From positions 13,578,001 through 13,642,000 of the forward strand of contig OX597820.1 of the NCBI GenBank assembly GCA_951406725.2: a stretch of DNA of 64,000 nt, given 5' to 3'. Position 1 is the first letter of the stretch; each line of letters starts with the position of its first letter. Positions 54,791-64,000 of the stretch are shown here, piece after piece. Under the pieces are notes generated by a model. That model did no database searches. It had not been told where the DNA came from and worked only from the letters and a program-made list of their open reading frames with translations. The stretch comes from Octopus vulgaris. Lineage: Eukaryota. Made by a program: the position numbers and the translations under genes.

Positions 54791-55179
54791 CGTGTGGTAA
54801 GTAGCTTGCTAACCAACCACATGGTTCCGGGTTCAGTCCCACTGCAAGGCACCTTGGGCAAGTGTCTTCTACTATAGCCTTGGGTCAACCAAAGCCTTGT
54901 GAGTGGATTTGGTAGACGGAAACTGAAAGAAGCCTGTCGTATATATATATATAAGTGTGTGTGTATATGTTTGTGTGTCTGTGTTTGTCCCCCTAGCATT
55001 GCTTGACAACCGATGCTGGTGTGTTTACGTCCCCGTCACTTAGCGGTTCGGCAAAAGAGACCGATAGAATAAGTACTAGGCTTACAAAGAATAAGTCCCG
55101 GGGTCGATTTGCTCGACTAAAGGCGGTGCTCCAGCATGGCCGCAGTCAAATGACTGAAACAAGTAAAGGAGTAAAAGAG

Positions 55180-55180
<1 letters not shown>
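54791..55180 (+). mobile_element. SINE family B
   Basis: Intact B box, core and tail; an oppositely oriented partial copy lies at about 54555-54775. Confidence 0.85.
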
Positions 55181-55209
<29 letters not shown>

Positions 55210-55211
<2 letters not shown>

Positions 55212-55476
55212 GAGGCGCAATGACCCAGTGGTTAGGGCAGCGGACTCGCGGTCGTAGGATCGCGGTTTCGATTCCCAGGCCGATTCCACGACGCTCCGGC
55301 AGAGGGTGTGATCCCTGCTGTACTCTTTCACCACTCTTTCTCCCACTCTTTCTTCTGTTGGCCTGCTCGCTTAGCCAGCGGGGTGGCGTCATTCAAAGGC
55401 TAAAACAATGCGAACGCATTGTGACCAGCGATGTGTAACAACATCTGATGGTCTGGTCGGTCACGTGATCACGTGA
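55210..55476 (+). mobile_element. SINE family A, tail type 4
   Basis: Family A head, then GCCTGCTCGCTTAGCCAGCGGGG...CACGTGATCACGTGA tail. Confidence 0.75.
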
Positions 55477-55657
55477 GATATATATTGATAAAACGGTAAG
55501 ATAACAAAAGAAAGAAAGAGACCTCAATATTATGTAAATAGAGGAAATTTATCTATACAATATGTTACATATATATATATCAGATATGGAAATCCACAAC
55601 ACCATATATTTATATATAAAGATGTGTTGTGGATTTATATATATATATATATATATA

Positions 55658-55710
<53 letters not shown>

Positions 55711-55737
55711 AAAAAAAGCAACAAGAATGGATTAAAA

Positions 55738-55825
55738 TCTCGGTACGATCGTTTCGTACGAGGACATCTTTAATAAGCTACAAAAAATGCAGTGAATACA
55801 GATGGCTCGTACTCGTCAGCCGAAA
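55738..55825 (-). ncRNA. type I hammerhead ribozyme (inverted pLTR copy)
   Basis: Reverse complement of 58344-58431. Confidence 0.85.
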
Positions 55826-55997
55826 AAACATCAGAGAATTCCCAAACATCAAAAGGGGTAGATACAAAAGAAGTTGTAAGATTAACTGTATTGAAGAAAG
55901 TTCGATTCATGGAGATCCGATGAAAGGTTTTAAACTTACAGAATTTGTGCATGTCTACATATAGCTCATATATTGATCATATACAACTCTCCCAAAT

Positions 55998-57107
55998 ATG
56001 TCCACTTTAATAGCTAAGATCAATAATAATAACATAAAACTAGCCAGAAAAAATTTAATCAATAAAAATAAAAATACAACGGAAAATTGTAATAACAGTA
56101 CGAAAAGTAATAATTGCAACAATAATAATAATAAGGAATGTCATAAAATAAATATAACCAAAAGCCATGGAATTGTTAACAACAATAATAACATAAATAG
56201 GAATGATTATGTTAATAATAGGAATAATACCAGGAATGTAAGTACAGTGAATGAGGGTAACAATATTATCAGCAACAACACTACACATTTGGAAAACAAT
56301 ATCGACAGCAATACTAATAGCATCAACAATATCAACAATGATAGTAGATTTATAGAACCAAACGATAGTGTAGGAATACCGACAAATGATAATACTACTT
56401 TAGGAGATAACATCAACTGCAATAATGATAACATTATTTTAGATAGCAGCACCAATAATAATAATAATGAAAGTAGGGCTTTAGAACCAAATGAAAATGT
56501 AAGAATACCTATAAATGATAATACTATTTTAGATAATAATATTAACTACAATAATGATAGAGTTTTTTTAGATAATAACAATAATCAAAATCATGATAAA
56601 TTTACCCGCTCTGCTTCGAGCAACGGTAATATAAGACTTCTATCCTCAAGTTATTCCACCTCTAATTATAATGCCCCTAGATGTAATTGCAGAATTAAAT
56701 CAAAATGCCCGGCCCCTGATTTATGCGGGTTAATTAACATAATCTACAAGTGCTCCGTAACCACAGATAATAATAAGTTCTCTTATGTTGGATGTACTGT
56801 AAATTTTAAACAGAGATTGAATAACCATCTCTCATCCTTTAAATTACGTCATAAAGCTGATAGCACCACTCTTTCTAGTAAAATTTGGGAACTAAAAAAC
56901 AATAATATCAAATATAACCTTAATTGGGAATTAGTCAGAAGAGCAAAACCCTATAAAAATAGCAGAGTAGGTTGCCAACTTTGCTCCATGGAAGCATTTG
57001 AAATACTAATGTATAGAAATAATGGAGAAATTCAATTAAACAGCAGAATTGAACTTGGAAAATCTTGTATACATACTCAAGTTAAGACTCTTAAATATTT
57101 TAAATGA
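55998..57107 (+). CDS. PLE C-terminal region: Asn-rich linker plus GIY-YIG endonuclease (Naiad-like)
   Basis: CNCR..CP..C, IIYKC..YVGCT, FKQRLNNH..SF, ST.LS..IW.LK, CQLC..E, LNSR.E..C.H; the frame extends upstream as SYTTLPNM (PLE post-RT motif); RT absent. Confidence 0.85.
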   Translation: MSTLIAKINNNNIKLARKNLINKNKNTTENCNNSTKSNNCNNNNNKECHKINITKSHGIVNNNNNINRNDYVNNRNNTRNVSTVNEGNNIISNNTTHLENNIDSNTNSINNINNDSRFIEPNDSVGIPTNDNTTLGDNINCNNDNIILDSSTNNNNNESRALEPNENVRIPINDNTILDNNINYNNDRVFLDNNNNQNHDKFTRSASSNGNIRLLSSSYSTSNYNAPRCNCRIKSKCPAPDLCGLINIIYKCSVTTDNNKFSYVGCTVNFKQRLNNHLSSFKLRHKADSTTLSSKIWELKNNNIKYNLNWELVRRAKPYKNSRVGCQLCSMEAFEILMYRNNGEIQLNSRIELGKSCIHTQVKTLKYFK

Positions 57108-58343
57108 TATATTAAATGATATTTTAAATGATATCACAATTGATAACTGTATACTGGAATCACTTTGCATAAAATTCACTTTGACTTACATATCACTCCT
57201 ACATAGTATATTATATATTTAACTAGAAAGATAAGATCTAACTAGCTATGATTATAATCTCTCTCTCTCTGATGGTACTATTTAATATTTAATACTTATT
57301 GATTTAAATTATTTGATTTATTTCTATTGGACCATATTATTAATAATTTAAATTTTGTTCTATTTTTATCTCCATTTCTTAGTCTATTTTTTAACCCATA
57401 TATAAATATTAGTTAGTTAAATCTCTTAGTTTCTTTTACACTATTAATTAATTCTGCTAATCCCAGACCTATCGTAGTGTATTGTGATGTGATATAATAT
57501 AATATAAAATAATATAATATAATATAGTGTAGTGTATTATAGTATAGTATAATAATAATATAATTGTTTGATTTCATTAAAAAACAACCCCATTTTTCTT
57601 TCCTTTCTAATGACGTCTCATTGTAACCTGACAATCTATTAATAGTAACATTTATAAATAAAGAAATAAATTGTTGACCTCAGTTCGAATTTTGCACTAA
57701 ACAAGCTTAGATTTTCTGGTAGTATCAACTTGTGTCCATCCCCTTAGCTTCCCCTTTCCTTTCTCTTTGATAGCTTTAATAGCAGTAACTAATTAAATTC
57801 TACCTCCTTCCTCCTCTCTCTGTGATTCTTGTAAAAATCATTAACAACCTGCACCTCTACAATATAAGACTGTCATTTTGCTTCTCATTCGGATTCCCTG
57901 ATATTTTCGCATGATTGTACCCTAAATCTCTTCACAAAACTGGATTATGAACTATAAGGACATGCACATATTCTGTAAGTTCAAGACTTTTCATCGGATC
58001 TCCAAGAATCGAACTTATCTGCGATTCTTGTAAATTTCAATAACAATCTGTTCCTCTACACGATATGACAGGCACTTTGCTTTTACTCAGACTTTCCTCT
58101 ACATGATATGGCAGTCACTTTGCCTCTTACTCGGATTTTCAGAAATTTTGCATGACTGTATCCGAAAATTTCTTCACACAACTTGATTAAAAATTCTATA
58201 TGAGCTATATGTAGACATGCACAAATTCTGTAAGTTTAAAACCTTTCATCGGATCTCCATGAATCGAACTTTCTTCAATGCAGTTAATCTTACAACTTCT
58301 TTTGTATCTACCCCTTTTGATGTTTGGGAATTCTCTGATGTTT

Positions 58344-58431
58344 TTTCGGCTGACGAGTACGAGCCATCTGTATTCACTGCATTTTTTGTAGCTTATTAAA
58401 GATGTCCTCGTACGAAACGATCGTACCGAGA
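58344..58431 (+). ncRNA. type I hammerhead ribozyme in the 3' pLTR
   Basis: UCGG-CUGACGA-GUACGAG...CUCGUAC-GAAAC-GAUC-GUA-CCGA; predicted cut after A58425. Confidence 0.85.
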
Positions 58432-58592
58432 TTTTAATCCATTCTTGTTGCTTTTTTTCCTATTTGTAATCACCCCACTTGTCGTATGGTTAACACCATA
58501 TAGATTTCCGGTGCATCCTAGTTAAGGACCATATTCATGTGAATTCTTTAGAATCCACTTGAATCTCAATTACTTAACCGTATATATATATA

Positions 58593-58661
<69 letters not shown>

Positions 58662-58761
58662 AAATGGATAAATGAATTATCTTGTTACGGATTATTCAAA
58701 AGATAACCGATACCTGGGTAGCAAAAATCACAACAGAAAAATCACGGTTGAGGTTATACAC

Positions 58762-58827
<66 letters not shown>

Positions 58828-58831
58828 TATA

Positions 58832-59013
<182 letters not shown>

Positions 59014-59029
59014 TTATACATACACAGTG

Positions 59030-59310
59030 AGAGCGCATGGCTTAGTGGTTAGGGTTTTGCACTCACGATCGCTAGATCGTAATTTCAATCCCTAGGCCAG
59101 GTTGTGCGTTATACTGTTGAGCAAAACACGTCACCTCACGTTGCTCTCCGATCACTTCGACACCTGACAAGTGGAACACTTGTGCACCTGTTCAGATAAC
59201 ATCGATTTGATGGAGAGAGTAAGCTAATGTGTGACTCGAACATTTGATCACAATAAACAAATAATGTGTGCAGGTTATTCAACAAAAGCTGAACTCTCAT
59301 ACGTCGTCGT
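59030..59310 (+). mobile_element. SINE family D
   Basis: Shares its body with 21847-22120. Confidence 0.7.
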
Positions 59311-59314
59311 TTGT

Positions 59315-59565
59315 GGAGGCGCGTGGCTTAGAAGTTAAGGGTGTTAGCATCATGATCGTAAGATTGTGCTTTCGATTCCTGGAGCGGGTGACGCGTTGTG
59401 TTCTTGAGCAAAACACTTCATTTCACGTTGCTCCAGTCCACTCAGCTGGCAAAAATGAGTAACGCTGCGATGGACTGGTGTCCCGTCCAGCTGGGGAACA
59501 CATACGCCATTGAAACCGGGAAACTAGGCCCATGAGCCTGGCTAGGCTTTAAAAGGGGGCATTTA
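59315..59565 (+). mobile_element. tRNA-derived SINE family E (tail type 2)
   Basis: tRNA-like head, TTCTTGAGCAAAACACTT, GCTGCGATGGACTGG domain; related copy at 63670-63890. Confidence 0.75.
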
Positions 59566-59605
59566 TTTATTTTTTATATATATTAATATGGTGACAAATG
59601 GAAAC

Positions 59606-59880
59606 AAAGGTCCACAGCTTTTTAATATTCTCCCAAAGAGTCTGAGGAACTTGCAAAAAAGTAGATGTAGGAGTTTTTAAATCAAAGTTGGACCTCTTCC
59701 TGTCGAGAGTCCCAGATGAACCTACCTCACGGCAAGAGGTGCAAATGAGGGTAGCTATATCAAACTCCATGCTTCACCAAGTGCCACATATTAGAGGAGG
59801 CTCTTAGTAATAAGTGTAGCAAAACGGTGGTGCATCAGCATGGCCACAGCTCTGAGCTGAAACTAGAGAAGAAAAAAAAA
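59606..59880 (+). mobile_element. 3' end of a CR1-group LINE
   Basis: KGPQLFNILPKSLRNLQK, frameshift, VDVGVFKSKLDLFLSRVPDEP..SNS, stop at 59805-59807, short 3'UTR, A-rich end. Confidence 0.75.
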
Positions 59881-60633
59881 CAAAGTTAGAATGCAATGAA
59901 ATAGCACATACAGTTACGCACCCAATTCCTTATTGTGCTTAAGTTTTAGAAGTTTCGACTTATCTTTTTTTTTTTTTCAGAAATCGATAAGATTTTGCTG
60001 TCGCACACGCGTGCAAGATCAATTTTTGCTGTGGTACGGTTTATATTTTAGTGAATCGTCTGCAGTTTATTTGTATTCATTTAATCTATTCTGGTTGCTT
60101 GAGAGGATGATGAGATTTGAAGTCACGGACTAAACGCCATCCTACATTTTATCTGCCACATTATTGTTTCCATCACCTCTATTGATTTAGGGGTGAATTC
60201 GATAACTTCCGCACTAATGTCAATCAATTAATGCACTGTGGACATTGATTTTGACCCTAATTGATTGAATCGATACAGTATATTATTGGCGTTTGTCTTA
60301 AACACCGTGCGAGGAAAGACGCCAAAGGATTTTGAAATTGCAAAGATCCGACCGAGATATTCAAAGGGGAATTTCAAAACCGGACCAACAACTAAAGTGT
60401 GCTTTTTTCGGGTTGAGAGTTGAGACGATGAAACCTAATCAATTAGATTGGCAGATATTCTTTCCTTCTTTTATTCTTTTATTCTTTTACTTGTTTCAGT
60501 CATTTGACTGCGGCCATGCTGGAGCACCGCCTTTAGTCGAACATTGTTGTTATTATAGTGCATTGTTGTGCCATTCAAGACACATTATTTTTTACAAACA
60601 ATACACAATGCTTCAAGCGAACTACAATACTCT

Positions 60634-60716
<83 letters not shown>

Positions 60717-60868
60717 GAAATATTAAAATTACTAAGTCTCTCTAAAGGAGATTACGGCAGCGTTACTGGAAATTAATAGTTATCGCCATACTAATATGGC
60801 AGTCTTATAAATATAAGACTAAAGCTGTCTTATATTTATAAGACTGCCATATTAGTATGGCGATAATA

Positions 60869-60930
<62 letters not shown>

Positions 60931-60931
<1 letters not shown>

Positions 60932-61290
60932 GTCTGGGGAGAGTCATTCTCTTTTAGTGCCTTATTATTTAACACACTCACCGGTAAAATTTCCACTTAT
61001 TTCTTATTTTTATTTTCTAAATTTTCGTTGCGTCTTGCAACCTTTTCAATAGTCTTGACTCTGTCCGTTATTTACACTCTAAACAACGGACAGAGTCAAG
61101 ACTATTGAAAAGGTTGCAAGACGCAACGAAAATTTTAGGAAAATAAAAATAAGAAATAAGTGGAAATTTTACCGGTGAGTGTGTTAAATGATAAGGCACT
61201 AAAAGAGAATGACTCTCCCCAGACACAACAGAATATGCTTCAACACACGAACTCATATAAAGAATCTTGCAAACCAAATCCAAAAACGAA
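60931..61290. mobile_element. PLE-like pLTR fold-back (palindrome with ~145-bp arms)
   Basis: Arms 60931-61074 and 61080-61225 around a 5-nt loop, flanked by (TA)n and (TATG)n. Confidence 0.8.
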
Positions 61291-61291
61291 A

Positions 61292-61327
<36 letters not shown>

Positions 61328-61944
61328 TGTATGTATGTATGTATGTATGTATGTATGTATGTATGTATTTGTGTATTTGTGTCTGTCCCCCCACCATTGC
61401 TTGACAACAGATGTTGGTGTGTTTACGTTTGTGTAACTTAGCAGTTCGGCAAAAAAAGGCAAATAGAAGAAGTACAAGGCTTACAAAGAATAGAATAAGT
61501 CCTGGGGTCAGTTTGTTCGACTAAAGGCGCTGAGGTCGACTTTGCCTTTCATCCTTTCGGTGTCGATAAATTAGGTACCAGTTGTGTACTGGGATAGATC
61601 TAATCGACTGGCCCCCTCCCCCAAAATTTAGGGCCTTGTGCCTAGAGTATAAAAGAATATCAATCCCTCAGGGTCCCTCACTCTGGATTTTCTGTAGTGG
61701 TTAGCCTTTTTTGAAACACTCAATAAATTACCCTACAAGGCTTGTTATTATAGAGGGCGTGGTTTTGTGCAGAGCCAATCTCACTTTCTCATCTTTCAAA
61801 CATACATTAATCTGATGCAACAACTGCCATGAGCGCAGTAGTTAGCAAGATGTAGGATTTGTATGGAGTTACCTTCTCTTAGATGAGCAGCTAAAGAGCT
61901 GAAGGGCCTTATCTGCTCTACGTCCGTTGGGGGCATTTGTTAGT

Positions 61945-62345
61945 GACAGTTAGCACGCCGGGTGAAATGCTTAGCGGTATTTCGTCTGCCGTTACGTTCT
62001 GAGTTCAAATTCCGCCGAGGTCGACTTTGCCTTTCATCCTTTCGGGGTCGATAAATTAAGTACCAGTTACACACTGGGGTCGATGTAATCGACTTAATCC
62101 GTTTGTCTGTCCTTGTTTGTCCCCTCTATGTTTAGCCTCTTGTGAGTAGTAAAGAAACAGGTATTTCATCTGCCGCTACGTTCTGTATTCAAATTCCGCC
62201 GAGGTCGACTTTGCCTTTCATCCTTTCGGGGTCGATAAATTAAGAACCAGTTACGCACTGGGGTCGATGTAATCGACTTAATCCGTTTGTCTGTCCTTGT
62301 TTGTCCTCTCTGTGTTTAGCCTCTTGTGGGTAGTAAAGAAATAGG
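61945..62345 (+). mobile_element. two tandem SINE C units
   Basis: ~183-bp direct repeat. Confidence 0.85.
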
Positions 62346-62719
62346 TACAAATAATTTATGGGGTAGGTTAAAGGCGGCTATTGTATTGCAGTTTTTTTTG
62401 GCATTAAGAAAAAGCTGGTGTACTGTGATAAGTCCATAATTATCAGAGATGCTTACATTGTGTGAAAATGATGTGGAAGGAGAAATTTATATACATTTTA
62501 AATTAAATTTGGCAGTTCGTGTAGTGTGTTAACATTGATTTTCTATCAACTAAAAGTTTTATTTGTGCTTTATTTTCATGCACTTAGAGAATGTTGATAG
62601 CATTTAATCAATTCTAATTACTTTAAAATTTGGTTTTATTTCTGTACTTGCTAAAATTTCGTATCTGACTAATTTGAATTTTCAGTTTTGACTTTTTTGT
62701 TTCCAAATTTATAAATAAT

Positions 62720-63640
62720 AGTTTTGAGTTTTGGCAAAAAGCCAGCAATTTTGAGGGGAAAATTAAGTTGATTACATCGACTCCTGTCCCCAACTGGTAC
62801 TCATTTTATTGATCCCCGAAAGGATGAAAGGTAGAATCGACCTCGGCGGAATTCGAACTCAGGACGTAAAGATGGACGATATGCAGCTAAACATTTCCCC
62901 CGGTGGTGCTAACGACTCTGCCGGCTCACCACCTTTTTTTACTTGTATTCTAGGCAAGGCTTGGAATTTGGAGGAGGGGGGGGGCCAGTCTATGTCATCG
63001 ACCTCAGTACTTGACTGGTACTTAATTTATCGACTCCGAAAGGATGAAAGGCAAAGTTGACCTCGGCGGAATTTGAACTCGGAACATAGCGGCAGACGAA
63101 ATACCGGCGTGCTAACGATTCTGCCAGCTCGCCTTCTTTTTTTCACTTGTATAAATATTTATTTCTTTATTGCCCACAGGGGGCTGAACATAGAGGGAAC
63201 AAGCAAAGACAGACAAAGGGAATAAGTCGATTGCATCGACCTCTGTCCCTAACTGGTACATATTTTATTGACCACGAAAGAATGAAAGGTAGAATCGCCC
63301 TCGGCGGAATTTGAACTCAGAATGTAGCAGCAGAAGAAAAGCCGGCGTGCTAACGATTCTGCCAGCACGCCGCTTTTTTTTTTTTTTTTTTTACTTGTAT
63401 AAATATCTATTTCTTTATTGCCCATAAGGGGCTAAACATAGAAGGAACAAACAAGGACAAACAAAGGGATTAAGTCGATTATATCGATCCCAGTGCGTAA
63501 CTGGTACTTATTTAATCCACCCCGAAAGGATGAAAGACAAAGTTGACCTCGGCGGAATTTGAACTCAGAACGTAGCGGCAGACGAAATACCGGCGTGCTA
63601 ACGATTCTGCCAGCACGCCACTTTTTTTTTTACTTGTATA
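62720..63640 (-). mobile_element. four tandem SINE C units, inverted relative to 61945-62345
   Basis: CTCGGCGGAATT(T/C)GAACTC at about 62842, 63062, 63300 and 63549. Confidence 0.85.
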
Positions 63641-64000
63641 AATATTGGCTTGGCTGCTTGGTTGAAGAAGGTGCGTGGCCAAGTGCTTAGGGTGTTGCAC
63701 TCAAGAACAGGGTTTCGATTCCCCGACCGAGCAGTGTTCTTAAGTAAAACACTTCGTTTCACGTTGCTCCAATCCATTCAACTATAAATGCAACGGACTG
63801 GCGTCCCGTTCAGGAGGGGTTTTGTGATCTCAGTTACTTATACAACAAAGAAAACCAGGTAATCGGCCCCTGCGAGTTCTTGGACTCGAAGCAAAAATCT
63901 CAATGGATGGATGGTGTTTGGTTAAGATATTCATGTTGCAGCCACGTAGTTCCACGTTCGATCTTGCAAACTGGCATCTAAACTTGGAGAGACCAATGCC

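Larger units (their letters stand above)
55706..58580 (+). mobile_element. 5'-truncated Penelope-like element with inverted pLTR, inserted in (TA)n
   Basis: GIY-YIG ORF, 267-bp inverted repeats at 55706-55972 and 58197-58463, HHRs, (TA)n on both sides. Confidence 0.9.

Noticed and set aside
55770-55952. Duplicated 60-aa ORFs (55770- and 58217+), and the pair 45563+ and 52137-
   Set aside because: By-products of inverted repeats with no recognisable domain
57105-57300. Selenocysteine readthrough of the PLE ORF (known in some Naiad elements)
   Set aside because: Motif cysteines use normal codons, the TGA falls at the expected C-terminus, and no SECIS was recognised

Overview
AT-rich eukaryotic intergenic or intronic DNA dominated by microsatellites and transposable elements. 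The SINE families and repeat landscape suggest an octopus (cephalopod) genome, which is an inference. No intact host protein-coding gene is recognisable, and almost all long ORFs in the track are microsatellite artefacts. The one convincing long ORF (55998-57107) encodes an Asn-rich linker plus a GIY-YIG endonuclease. It belongs to a young, 5'-truncated Penelope-like element (PLE) sitting in (TA)n, bounded by 267-bp near-perfect inverted repeats that each carry a hammerhead ribozyme (HHR). The window holds about ten further intact, variant or decayed minimal HHRs, including one with a compensatory U3-A8 core. It also has a pseudoknotted RNA at the 5' end of an RTE-derived element, several fold-back palindromes and a chain of inverted duplications at 40-53 kb. 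Other elements are modular tRNA-SINEs with swapped tails, mariner MITEs, a maT fragment, a Helitron, a Helentron-type element, R4/Dong LINE ends in (TAA)n, a solo LTR nested in a MITE, and a LINE 3' end matching a SINE tail. Everything was read by eye and repeat boundaries are approximate.
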